Counted from the stretch's first letter, positions 9,608 through 19,157 are shown. The stretch is 53,013 nucleotides of DNA from Flavobacteriales bacterium (GCA_045561575.1 JBJKXM010000017.1:1-53013); one strand, 5' to 3'. Made by a program: numbers and translations. Notes: generated from the sequence alone by a model not told the origin.

Positions 9608-9615
9608 TAGTTTAG
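9608..9615 (+). promoter_or_regulatory. Variant -7 element (TAGTTTAG) for mntR
   Basis: One mismatch to TAnnTTTG, 4 nt before the ATG at 9620. Confidence 0.5.
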
Positions 9616-9619
9616 CAAA

Positions 9620-10276
9620 ATGATTACACGCTCTGAAGAAAATTACTTAAAGACTATTTTTTCTGTCTTTATGCAAACGCAAAACAATGTATCAACCAAT
9701 GAAATAGCTAATCTATTAGACACCTCCCCTGCTTCAGTCACTGAAATGATTAAAAAACTTCAAGAAAAGAACCTTGTCCTATACGAAAAATACAATGGAG
9801 TTAGATTAAGTAAAGAAGGTGAAGAAAAAGCTGTTGCTATTATAAGAAAGCATAGATTATGGGAAACATTTCTAGTTAGAAAACTTGATTTTAGTTGGAG
9901 TGAAGTGCATGATGTAGCAGAACAATTAGAGCATATTAAATCTGAAAAATTAATTGATAAACTTGATCATTTATTAAATTATCCAAAATTTGATCCTCAT
10001 GGAGATCCAATTCCAACAAAAACTGGAGTTTTTAATCATCAAGAGAGAATTTCAATATATGAAATGGATATTAACGAAGAAGGTGTTATTATGGGCGTTT
10101 CTCTAGATAATAAAGATTTTTTAGATTATTTAACTAAACTAAAAATTAGCATCGGAACTAAAGTGAAAGTACTAGAGCAAATTAAATTTGATCAATCAAT
10201 GAAAATTGAATATGATTCAAAAACAGAACATATCAGTAAAGAAATAGCTGAAAACATACTAATTAAAATAAATTAA
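9620..10276 (+). CDS. mntR: DtxR/MntR-family metal-dependent repressor with C-terminal FeoA-like domain
   Basis: SEENYLK, PASVTEM, RKHRLWE, AEQLEH, DPHGDPIP. Confidence 0.93.
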   Translation: MITRSEENYLKTIFSVFMQTQNNVSTNEIANLLDTSPASVTEMIKKLQEKNLVLYEKYNGVRLSKEGEEKAVAIIRKHRLWETFLVRKLDFSWSEVHDVAEQLEHIKSEKLIDKLDHLLNYPKFDPHGDPIPTKTGVFNHQERISIYEMDINEEGVIMGVSLDNKDFLDYLTKLKISIGTKVKVLEQIKFDQSMKIEYDSKTEHISKEIAENILIKIN

Positions 10277-10279
10277 AGA

Positions 10280-11128
10280 ATGGAAGAATACGAATTATAT
10301 CAGTGGTTTATTAAGCAATCACCAATTTTACAAGCGTTTTTAGGTGGCCTATTTACATGGATCTTAACAGCTATTGGAGCAAGCTTAGTATTCTTTTTCA
10401 AGTCTAGTAACAGGAAAGTTTTAGATATGTGTTTAGGTTTTACAGGAGGAGTTATGATAGCAGCAAGCTTTTGGTCACTCCTATCCCCTGCTATTGCTAC
10501 AGTAGAAAAACAACAAGAATTAGGTATTACAACACTTCCAGTTTGGTTTGCCCCTGCACTTGGATTTCTTCTAGGTGCTTTATTTTTATACTATCTTGAT
10601 AAAAAGATTCCTCACTTACATCTCTTTGAAAAAATTGAAAATGCAGAAGGTCCAAAGACAAATTTGAAAAAAACAGAATTATTAGTTTTTGCTATTGCGC
10701 TACATAATATTCCTGAGGGACTAGCAGTTGGTGTTGCTTTTGGCGCTTTAGCTTCTGGATTAGATATTGGAATGGAAATGGGTGGTGCAATTGCTTTAGC
10801 TATTGGTATGGGTATGCAAAATGCGCCTGAAGGATTTGCAGTTTCTATGCCGCTAAGAAGAGAAGGTTTTTCAAAGTTTAAATCTTGGTGGTGGGGGCAA
10901 TTATCTGCTATTGTAGAACCTATATTTGCTGTAATTGGTGCTGCTGTTGTAATTTCAGTTTACCCTATACTTCCTTATGCACTTGCTTTTGCTGCTGGAG
11001 CTATGATTTTTATTGTTGTGGAAAATGTTGTTCCTGAAAGTCATCGAGGCGGAAACGTTGATATTGCAAGTATTGGATTAATTCTAGGATTCATTGTAAT
11101 GATGATACTTGACGTTTCTCTGGGGTAA
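10280..11128 (+). CDS. ZIP (GufA/ZupT-like) divalent metal transporter
   Basis: GVMIAASFWSLL, LHNIPEGLAVG, QNAPEG.AVS.PL; multiple TM helices. Confidence 0.92.
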   Translation: MEEYELYQWFIKQSPILQAFLGGLFTWILTAIGASLVFFFKSSNRKVLDMCLGFTGGVMIAASFWSLLSPAIATVEKQQELGITTLPVWFAPALGFLLGALFLYYLDKKIPHLHLFEKIENAEGPKTNLKKTELLVFAIALHNIPEGLAVGVAFGALASGLDIGMEMGGAIALAIGMGMQNAPEGFAVSMPLRREGFSKFKSWWWGQLSAIVEPIFAVIGAAVVISVYPILPYALAFAAGAMIFIVVENVVPESHRGGNVDIASIGLILGFIVMMILDVSLG

Positions 11129-11145
11129 ATCTTTTAACAAAAGCG

Positions 11146-11153
11146 TATATTTG
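11146..11153 (+). promoter_or_regulatory. -7 promoter element for smpB (TATATTTG)
   Basis: TAnnTTTG, 4 nt before the ATG at 11158. Confidence 0.72.
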
Positions 11154-11157
11154 TACT

Positions 11158-11613
11158 ATGTCTAACAATAGTATAAATATTAAAAATCGTAAAGCATCGT
11201 TTTCTTATCAATTAATTGATAAATATACTGCTGGTATAGTATTGTTAGGTACTGAAATAAAATCCATTAGAAACAATCAAGCTAATATGTCAGATGCATA
11301 TTGCATGTTTATAGAAAATGAATTGTGGGTAAAAAACCTACACATAAACGAATATTCTAACAGTGGGCATAAAAATCATGAACCTAAAAGAAGTAGAAAA
11401 CTACTTTTAAATAGGATTGAGTTAAATAAAATCGAGTCAAAAGTAAAAGAAAAAGGGATGTCTATCGTTCCAATTAGACTGTTTTCTAATGAAAAAGGCA
11501 AAATCAAACTTGAAATATCTTTGGCAAAAGGAAAGAAATTATTTGACAAAAGAGAAAGTATTAAAGAGAAGGATCTAAAAAGAGATATTGATAGAATAAA
11601 GAAGATTAAATGA
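11158..11613 (+). CDS. smpB: SsrA-binding protein
   Basis: NRKA, AGIVLLGTEIKSIR, HEPKRSRKLLL, KGKKLFDKRE. Confidence 0.97.
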   Translation: MSNNSINIKNRKASFSYQLIDKYTAGIVLLGTEIKSIRNNQANMSDAYCMFIENELWVKNLHINEYSNSGHKNHEPKRSRKLLLNRIELNKIESKVKEKGMSIVPIRLFSNEKGKIKLEISLAKGKKLFDKRESIKEKDLKRDIDRIKKIK

Positions 11614-13070
11614 AGCAATTATTAGCAGTTTTAATAGGCATAATTATACTTTTTGGTTGTACAAAAGAAGATGAAATATTATACGAAGGAAAATTAGATT
11701 TTTCTACTGATACCATAACTTTTGATACTGTATTTGCATCAATTGGAAGCATTACAAAAACCTTAACAATTTACAATAATAACAATAGTGATATTTTTAG
11801 TAATATTTCAATAAAAGGTATTTCAGCCGCTAACTTTAGAATGAATATTGACGGAGTTGCAGGAAATAACCAAAATAATGTTTTAATTCCTAAAAACGAT
11901 AGTGTATTTTTATTCATAGAAGTCACCATAGACCCATCATCAAATACAACTCCTTACATTCTTTCAGATTCATTAATTTTTGAAATTGGAAATAATATTC
12001 AGTCGGTAAAATTGGTTGCTTGGGGACAAGATGCTCATTTCTACACTCCAAACACATATGGGGAAGTTATTAATGGAACAGACACAACTAAAATTTATTA
12101 TCATCAAATCAACTCAAATCAAGTATGGTCTAACGACAAACCACATGTAATATATGGTTATGTTATAATAGAGCCAAATGCTCAATTAACAATAAATGAA
12201 GGAGCTGACATATACTTTCACCAAAACTCAGGCATGATAGTTGGAAATCCATTTTCATCTATTTCTGGAGGCACGCTTAAAGTAAATGGAACCTTAAACA
12301 ATGAAGTAACTTTTCAAGGAGACAGACTAGATTCTTGGTATGAAAACATTCCTGGTCAATGGGATAGAATTAGATTTATTCCAGGAAGTTATGATAATGA
12401 AATAAATTACGCTATAATTAAAAATGGAACCACTGGCATACATGCCGACACAGTAGCCAATTCTAATCCAACTGTTACAATAAACAATACAATTATTAAG
12501 AACATGTCTTCAATCGGAATACTTGGACAAGGAGCTAAAATTGTCGCATCAAATACTGTTATTAGCGAATGTGGTCAATACACTGTGGCTTGTTATATTG
12601 GAGGGGATTACACCTTTAATCATTGTACCTTTGCTAATTACTGGAATTATTCTATAAGAAATACACCTTCTATCCTACTAAACAATTACTATATCGATGC
12701 AAATGATAATGTTCAAATTAGAGATTTAAACAATGCTTATTTTGGAAATTGTATTATATATGGATCATTAACTACTGAATTTAGCTTTGATAAAAATGAA
12801 AATGGGATTTTTAATTATCATTTCGACCATTCTCTTGTAAAAATTGATCCGAACATAAATACCAATAATGCTAATTATACTAGTGTCATTAAAAATGAAG
12901 ATCCTATTTTCCAAGATCACTTAAACAATAATTTATCTCTTGATGAAAACTCTCCAGCTATTGAAATTGGAAACTTTCAAATAACTCAAAATAACAATCT
13001 ATTTTTAGATATTACCGGAGAAAATAGAAATGACCCTCCTGAAATGGGTGCTTATCAGTATATTGATTAA
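11610..13070 (+). CDS. Lipoprotein with N-terminal Ig-like region and right-handed beta-helix repeats
   Basis: Lipobox LFGC-TKED; FSTDTITFDTVF; PGQWDRI; Asn-rich beta-helix repeats; C-terminal LDENSPAIEIG...MGAYQ. ATGA overlap with smpB. Confidence 0.7.
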   Translation: MKQLLAVLIGIIILFGCTKEDEILYEGKLDFSTDTITFDTVFASIGSITKTLTIYNNNNSDIFSNISIKGISAANFRMNIDGVAGNNQNNVLIPKNDSVFLFIEVTIDPSSNTTPYILSDSLIFEIGNNIQSVKLVAWGQDAHFYTPNTYGEVINGTDTTKIYYHQINSNQVWSNDKPHVIYGYVIIEPNAQLTINEGADIYFHQNSGMIVGNPFSSISGGTLKVNGTLNNEVTFQGDRLDSWYENIPGQWDRIRFIPGSYDNEINYAIIKNGTTGIHADTVANSNPTVTINNTIIKNMSSIGILGQGAKIVASNTVISECGQYTVACYIGGDYTFNHCTFANYWNYSIRNTPSILLNNYYIDANDNVQIRDLNNAYFGNCIIYGSLTTEFSFDKNENGIFNYHFDHSLVKIDPNINTNNANYTSVIKNEDPIFQDHLNNNLSLDENSPAIEIGNFQITQNNNLFLDITGENRNDPPEMGAYQYID

Positions 13071-14068
13071 AAATTTTGCAAGAATTTTACAGTATCTATT
13101 CGATCTGCATAATCATTTAACTCTGGTAGTTGAGACTTACCAAAAGGAATATCATCTTTACTTACTATACATTGAAATAAAGAAGAATTATCGTCGATAT
13201 ATTTATTTAAAACTTCTCTATCATTGTAAAATTCATAAAAAACTGTTGCTACCGGAGATTGAATAGACTGATCTTCTTTAAGTAAAACAAAACCATTATC
13301 CAATAATTTTTCACTATTCATTAAATAAACAGTTTTGTTGTAGTCATAGTTATTTGAATACTTTAAATGATTAATGATATCCTTATAGTCAAAGAAAGCA
13401 TTAAACAACTTATTAGTATCATATCCAACTGGAAGATATAATTTAGAAACATTTCTACAACCTAAGCCGAAATACATAAAAATATCTTTAGACAACAATT
13501 TTAAGTCGTTTTCAGACTCTTTACCATCTAGAATGGCTATTGACCTTCTATTCTTCCTTATAATTGATTTATAGTCTTTAAAATAATAATTAAAGTATTT
13601 TGAAGAATTATCTGAACCCGTGGCTATTAACGCATCAAAATTACAATCAACAATATTATCGATAATTTTTATTCTTTCTTTAATTCTTTTATCAATAGTA
13701 ATTAATGAATCAACAACATATTTCATCAACACATTATCTTTTGAAGAAAACTTTACAACAGCATTATGGCCACAAATCAAAACACATAGTAAATCATGAA
13801 ATCCAACCAGTGGGATATTTCCGGCAGTTATAATTAAAATATCTTTTCTTTCATGATCTTTCAAATCATAATCTTTAATCCAGCAATGTAATGCATCTTC
13901 ATCTAACATACATACTATTGAATTCAAACTATCATTAATGTTTTCTTTTGTAAACCATGGATTTAACTGAATAGCTTCATCTAAAACTTTTTCATGAATA
14001 GAATTAATTTTTCCACTTAACACTTCTGCTAAAGAAGAAAACAATGATATCCTTTCGTTTAAATTCAT
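13067..14068 (-). CDS. Acyl-CoA reductase (LuxC-like, ALDH fold), Bacteroidota type
   Basis: NPWFT, AGNIPLVGFHD, IATGSDNS, YFGLGCRNVSK, DYADRIDT. Confidence 0.88.
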   Translation of the reverse strand: MNLNERISLFSSLAEVLSGKINSIHEKVLDEAIQLNPWFTKENINDSLNSIVCMLDEDALHCWIKDYDLKDHERKDILIITAGNIPLVGFHDLLCVLICGHNAVVKFSSKDNVLMKYVVDSLITIDKRIKERIKIIDNIVDCNFDALIATGSDNSSKYFNYYFKDYKSIIRKNRRSIAILDGKESENDLKLLSKDIFMYFGLGCRNVSKLYLPVGYDTNKLFNAFFDYKDIINHLKYSNNYDYNKTVYLMNSEKLLDNGFVLLKEDQSIQSPVATVFYEFYNDREVLNKYIDDNSSLFQCIVSKDDIPFGKSQLPELNDYADRIDTVKFLQNF

Positions 14069-14084
14069 AAATATTTTAATTTTA

Positions 14085-14092
14085 CAAAACTA
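14085..14092 (-). promoter_or_regulatory. -7 promoter element (TAGTTTTG)
   Basis: TAnnTTTG, 16 nt before the ATG at 14068. Confidence 0.65.
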
Positions 14093-14118
14093 TAACTTAC
14101 CTCTTAATTTTTAAGACT

Positions 14119-15003
14119 TTGAAAAGGCTTTTTTTATTACTTTTTATCTTCATTTATTCACAAAACACTTTTTCTCAAAATGTTAGTAATAAACTAATTA
14201 AAGAATACGAAGACACTTTAAAGGTAATTGCTGAACAAATTATGTTTGCTAAAAAAGAAAGTGATAGAGTAAAAGCAAATAATGGCTTCATTCCAATATT
14301 AAAAGAGGTATTATCATTTGAAAAATCATTTAAATACCCTTTTGATTCATTAGAAACATTATCAATTTTATCTCCTAATGACAAAAGCTTTAGAATTTTC
14401 AATTGGATTCTAAGAAAAGATAATGGAACCTACGACTATTTCTGTTTTGTTCACTATAATAATAAAAAGAAAAAAAAATTTGAGGTAATTGAATTAACAG
14501 ATAATTCTAATAATATTAGAAATGAATCATATTCTGATTTAGATAGTAAAAACTGGTATGGCTGTCTTTACTACAAAATAATTTATATTAAAAAATCAGG
14601 AAGAAAATACTATACTCTGCTAGGTTGGGATGGAAATGATGGGAGAAGCATCAAAAAAATAATTGAACCCATGTATTTTTCTGGAAAAAACAAAGTCAAG
14701 TTTGGACTACCAATATTTAAATTAAAAGATAAATCAAAACCCAAAAGAATTATTTTAGAGTGTGATGCAAGATCTTCATTTAGTCTAAATTACGAAGAAA
14801 ATAATCAAAGAATAATATTTGATCAATTAGTTCCAATCAAAAAAGAATTAACTGGTATGGAAGAATATTATATTCCTGAGGGCACATATAATTCTTTTGA
14901 TTACAACAAAGGGAAATGGATATTAAATGAAGATATTGATGCTAGAAATAAACAAAATAGAACAAAATCCACTAAACCACCTAAAATGGGTTTAATTAAA
15001 TAA
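14119..15003 (+). CDS. Exported hypothetical protein
   Basis: TTG start and signal peptide; SFKYPFDSL, FRIFNW, WYGCLYY, YTLLGWDG, YIPEGTY. TAATG-coupled to rnhB. Confidence 0.75.
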   Translation: MKRLFLLLFIFIYSQNTFSQNVSNKLIKEYEDTLKVIAEQIMFAKKESDRVKANNGFIPILKEVLSFEKSFKYPFDSLETLSILSPNDKSFRIFNWILRKDNGTYDYFCFVHYNNKKKKKFEVIELTDNSNNIRNESYSDLDSKNWYGCLYYKIIYIKKSGRKYYTLLGWDGNDGRSIKKIIEPMYFSGKNKVKFGLPIFKLKDKSKPKRIILECDARSSFSLNYEENNQRIIFDQLVPIKKELTGMEEYYIPEGTYNSFDYNKGKWILNEDIDARNKQNRTKSTKPPKMGLIK

Positions 15004-15599
15004 TGACACTTTGTAGATATTCGAGTTTAATTGAAGTTGGCTGTGACGAGGCTGGAAGAGGATCACTGTGTGGGCCTGTAATAGCAGCGGCAGTAATACT
15101 TAAAAAAGATTTTTACAATGAAGATTTAAATGACTCGAAGAAGATATCATTAAACAAAAGAAATGAATTAGCTAAAATAATTCACGAGGAGGCAATTGCT
15201 TGTGAAGTTGGTATAGTAAATGCATCTGAAATAGATAATATTAATATTCTAAATGCATCAATTAAAGCAATGCATAATGCGTTAGATAAAATTAAAATTC
15301 CCTTTGAAATTATATTAGTAGATGGTCCTCATTTTAAAAAATATAAAAAATCCAAACATGAATGTATAATAAGAGGTGACAGCAAAAATTTGGCAATAGC
15401 AGCTGCCTCAATAATAGCAAAGACATATCGAGATAATTTAATGCTAGAACTTCATGAAAAATACCCCAAATACAAATGGTGTAGAAACAAAGGCTATCCA
15501 ACCGTAGAACATAGGGATGCAATAAAAAAATATGGTATAAATAAATACCATAGAAAAAGTTTTAAACTTCTTAATAATCAAACAACTTTAAACATTTAA
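15003..15599 (+). CDS. rnhB: Ribonuclease HII
   Basis: GCDEAGRG, LNDSKK, VDG, RGD.K..IAAASIIAK..RD, NKGYPT, HRKSF. Confidence 0.96.
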   Translation: MTLCRYSSLIEVGCDEAGRGSLCGPVIAAAVILKKDFYNEDLNDSKKISLNKRNELAKIIHEEAIACEVGIVNASEIDNINILNASIKAMHNALDKIKIPFEIILVDGPHFKKYKKSKHECIIRGDSKNLAIAAASIIAKTYRDNLMLELHEKYPKYKWCRNKGYPTVEHRDAIKKYGINKYHRKSFKLLNNQTTLNI

Positions 15600-15605
15600 A
15601 TCATT

Positions 15606-15613
15606 TAAATTTG
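15606..15613 (+). promoter_or_regulatory. -7 promoter element (TAAATTTG)
   Basis: TAnnTTTG, 22 nt before the ATG at 15636. Confidence 0.55.
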
Positions 15614-15635
15614 AAAAAAGCATTATCATAAAGAA

Positions 15636-18215
15636 ATGAAAATTTTAAGATTAATAATACCAACTGTATTAATACTATTAATATGTATTATAAGTTACAA
15701 CACTTATAATAATGCAAAATCAATTAGTAATAACCCCTTATCTGTTATCCCTAATCATTCTGCATTAATATTAAAAGTAAATAAACCAGATAAAGTTGCT
15801 TCTTATTTTGAAAATAAGAAAATTTGGAAAAAATTAACTAAAATATTTAAATCTGAAAATTTAAATTTCAACCTCAATTTATTAGAAAAAACATTTAAAA
15901 AAATTAAACTTGATAAAAACAATAGTCTATTTATTACATTACTAAAAGATGGGGTTTCAGAAAACGGAATACTAATTAGTAGCGAATTAAATAATAATGA
16001 TTATTTAAAATTTCAAGATTTTTTTAAAATTTCACAAGCTAAAAAATTTGAATATGACAATAGTGAAATATATCTTATCAAAAATGACAGCCTAAACTTT
16101 TTCGCAACAAATGTTAATAACATTTTATGTGTTAGTTCTAGTAAAAGAGTAATTGAAGATGCCATTAAGTCATCAAACAGCAACTATAATTTTACAACAA
16201 ATAAAGATTTTATAAATATTTATAATACTGTTAATTCATCAAATGAAATTAACTTAATTTATAACTTCAACAACCTATTAGATCTCTCTGGAAATTTAAT
16301 TTCTAATTATAAAAATTTGATAATTGATATGAATCAATGGGTTGCCGCTGATTTAAAATTACGAGATGATAAAATAATAATGAATGGGTTTAACCTAATT
16401 GATTATAGTTTGGCAAATTATTCCGATATCTTATACAATCAAGAAGCAGAACAAATTAATGCTTTTAAATTAATTCCAGACAATGTAAACTTTCTTTTTT
16501 CATTAGGATTTGATGATGCGAAAAAACTACTTTCAAACAACATAAAATTACTAGAGAATAAAAATGAAATTTGGGAATCAGAAAAGTATAAAAAAGAAAT
16601 GCAAAGCACATTTAATTTTGATTACAATGAGTTTACAAATCAAATAGATAATGAAGCCGGCTTATTTATATGTGGTTCAAAATCAAATGAAGAAAAAAGA
16701 TTTAGTTATTTCAAAACCAAAGAATCTATTCATGCAAGTAGTTTAATTCAACGATTAATCAATAGTGATAAGTCCAAAATTTACTTAGATAAAGAAATTA
16801 ATTATATAAGAGACAAAAAATTAACATCCAATTTATTTGGCACTAGATTTAATAAAGAAAATGATAATTATTATACGGTTATTGATGATTATTTTATTTT
16901 TAGTAACTCTACAGACAACCTTGAATTTATAATAGATAATTACATTAGTGGAAATACATTAACAAAGAATAATAATTTTGTTAAATTCAGTAATAATACA
17001 TTAAGTAAATCTAACATATACATATACTTTAATACAAATCATTTATTAAATACAATTAGCAACAATCTTAACAATGAATTAAATCTTGATTCATTACAAA
17101 ACTTTACAGGACTTTCATATCAAATCACTAACAACAAATCTTACCAAATAAATAATCTATCACTTTTTTATGATAAAGATTTTAAAAAATCTATTAAAGA
17201 GAAATGGTTTTTTCAACTTGACACTTTGTCAAATATGAAACCTCAAGTTGTTTATAATCACGCATTAAAAGAAAATGTTGTGATAATTCAAGATGAATCT
17301 AACAAACTTTATTGTATAACTAAAAATAAACAATTCAATTGGACAAGAAATTTAAATAGTTCAATTATCGGAAAAATATCTCAAGGCGATTTTTTTAAAA
17401 ATAATAAAGTACAAATAATTTTTAACACAGCTGATCAAATCTATATGTTAGATAGATATGGAAGAGATGTAGAAAAATTCCCTTTAAACATTAAAAATTC
17501 GACAAATTTAGGGCATTCGCTTTTTGATTATAATAAAAGTAAAAGGTATAGAATCATGATTGTTGAAAATGATAATTCAATAACAAATTATGACAGAAAA
17601 GGCAAAAAAGTACTAGGGTGGAAATTTCAAAAGAATAATAAAATTTTAAAAGAATTAAAACATTTTAAAAATAGAGACAAGGACTATATTGTAAAAATTT
17701 CAAAAAAAGATATTGAGCTTTTAGCAATAAATGGAAGTTCAAGATTAGGATTCAAATCACAAGGAGAAATACTTTCTAAGAATGAAATAATAATAGATAA
17801 CAATAATAATTTATTATTTGTGAATTCATTAAACAAACTTTTAATATGCAACCTTGATGGCAATTCTAGTGAAATTAGTATAGAATCTTTAGATAGTAGC
17901 TCTTCAATATCTTATCACAAGGAATCAAATCAATTAATTTTTAGTAACAAAAATGAATTATTCTTTCTTGACAATAATTTCATAAAAACTAATTCAATAG
18001 TTTTTAATGAAGAAATTAAAAAAATTAGCACATATAAAGACTACATAATTGTTAAGACAAAAAATGAAATTATTCTACTGAAGAACTATGCTATTGTAAA
18101 AGGAACTCCATTGAAATTTGATGGAACATGTACAGTAACTAATTTATCTGATAACAAAAAAATAAATATACTCCTTGTTAGAAACAAAGTGCTGTATAAT
18201 TATGAATTAGAATAG
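15636..18215 (+). CDS. Membrane-anchored periplasmic protein (DUF3352-like N-part, propeller-like C-part)
   Basis: N-terminal TM helix; PLSVIP and FKLIP motifs; C-terminal DFFKNNKVQ, LDRYGRDVEKFP, FDYNKSKRYR, KGTPL. Confidence 0.6.
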   Translation: MKILRLIIPTVLILLICIISYNTYNNAKSISNNPLSVIPNHSALILKVNKPDKVASYFENKKIWKKLTKIFKSENLNFNLNLLEKTFKKIKLDKNNSLFITLLKDGVSENGILISSELNNNDYLKFQDFFKISQAKKFEYDNSEIYLIKNDSLNFFATNVNNILCVSSSKRVIEDAIKSSNSNYNFTTNKDFINIYNTVNSSNEINLIYNFNNLLDLSGNLISNYKNLIIDMNQWVAADLKLRDDKIIMNGFNLIDYSLANYSDILYNQEAEQINAFKLIPDNVNFLFSLGFDDAKKLLSNNIKLLENKNEIWESEKYKKEMQSTFNFDYNEFTNQIDNEAGLFICGSKSNEEKRFSYFKTKESIHASSLIQRLINSDKSKIYLDKEINYIRDKKLTSNLFGTRFNKENDNYYTVIDDYFIFSNSTDNLEFIIDNYISGNTLTKNNNFVKFSNNTLSKSNIYIYFNTNHLLNTISNNLNNELNLDSLQNFTGLSYQITNNKSYQINNLSLFYDKDFKKSIKEKWFFQLDTLSNMKPQVVYNHALKENVVIIQDESNKLYCITKNKQFNWTRNLNSSIIGKISQGDFFKNNKVQIIFNTADQIYMLDRYGRDVEKFPLNIKNSTNLGHSLFDYNKSKRYRIMIVENDNSITNYDRKGKKVLGWKFQKNNKILKELKHFKNRDKDYIVKISKKDIELLAINGSSRLGFKSQGEILSKNEIIIDNNNNLLFVNSLNKLLICNLDGNSSEISIESLDSSSSISYHKESNQLIFSNKNELFFLDNNFIKTNSIVFNEEIKKISTYKDYIIVKTKNEIILLKNYAIVKGTPLKFDGTCTVTNLSDNKKINILLVRNKVLYNYELE

Positions 18216-19076
18216 ATTAGAAAAAGTAAAGTAAGGTAGAAACATAACGTTATCAAAATTAAATTCATCCTGAATAATAAAATCTAAGCCTAATGTTATT
18301 TTTCTATGTTTTTCTTTTTTATTGTCAATATAACTAATTTGAGTCCCAAAATTTATATTTAAATCTTCTTTATCAAAAAATACAATGCCAGATGTTATTC
18401 CAAGAAAAAGCTTGTTATAAGTTTTGCTATTATAGCTCAATGATGCCTTATTTAAAAAGACAAGAGAACTTTGTAAATTTAAATCTATTAATTGCTTTTT
18501 ATCATAATAGTTTAGACCTAAACCAAATAAATATGGAGCTCCATAAATATTTGATATAAATATTTTTCTTTCATTATAATTTACAATATCATATTTTGAC
18601 AAATCATATCTTTTGATTAAATCAATCAATAAAGAAGCATATTTGGGATTTGTAGCATATCCAGCTTTTTTTAAACCTCTAGCCCATTTTTTATAATTTG
18701 ACACATCATAATCAAACAAAAAAGTATATCTCCCTCTTTGAGTTAAAAATAAAGAGTGATCTCTAAAAGATTCATTAGCATTTTTATATTTCCTAAAGCA
18801 TTCACCTTTTTCATCATCATCTTCAATTATGGTTTCACCAGTCCAATCATTATGACATTTTATACCAAAATGATTATTACCTTCTCTAGCAAGGCGACTT
18901 TCTCCGTTTCCACTCTCTAATATAGCTTGAGCTAAAGTAATACTAGCGGGAATACCATATTCATTCATCTCAGCAATAGCTATATCTTTATACTTTTCAA
19001 TATATATTTCAGACTTATTCTGAGCATTTAAAATACTTATGTAAAAAAAACAAAGAAGAATATATGTAAATTTCAT
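18207..19076 (-). CDS. GH73 glucosaminidase-domain peptidoglycan hydrolase with atypical beta-rich C-terminus
   Basis: Signal peptide; GIPASITLAQAILESG, NNHFGIKC, CFRKY, SFRDHS, GLKKAGYATNPKYA. No LysM motif seen. Confidence 0.9.
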   Translation of the reverse strand: MKFTYILLCFFYISILNAQNKSEIYIEKYKDIAIAEMNEYGIPASITLAQAILESGNGESRLAREGNNHFGIKCHNDWTGETIIEDDDEKGECFRKYKNANESFRDHSLFLTQRGRYTFLFDYDVSNYKKWARGLKKAGYATNPKYASLLIDLIKRYDLSKYDIVNYNERKIFISNIYGAPYLFGLGLNYYDKKQLIDLNLQSSLVFLNKASLSYNSKTYNKLFLGITSGIVFFDKEDLNINFGTQISYIDNKKEKHRKITLGLDFIIQDEFNFDNVMFLPYFTFSNLF

Positions 19077-19124
19077 ATTCTAAAAATACTCTTATTAGCA
19101 ATTGATTTAAAACCAATTACATAT

Positions 19125-19132
19125 TATATTTG
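19125..19132 (+). promoter_or_regulatory. -7 promoter element (TATATTTG)
   Basis: TAnnTTTG, 25 nt before the ATG at 19158. Confidence 0.6.
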
Positions 19133-19157
19133 AACAATAATAGCTTTAAAACTCAAA

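Noticed and set aside
9338-9619. Replication origin or terminus (oriC/dif) in the AT-rich spacer
   Set aside because: No TTATCCACA boxes and no XerD arm (TTATGTTAAAT) seen. Hand-sampled third codon positions show the same skew on both sides (plus-strand genes C3>G3 at 841 and 11610; minus-strand gene G3>C3 near 7600-7890), so no strand switch. A computed cumulative skew would settle it.
13067-14068. LuxC homologue as a sign of bioluminescence
   Set aside because: No luxAB/D/E nearby; this acyl-CoA reductase-like family is common in Bacteroidota.
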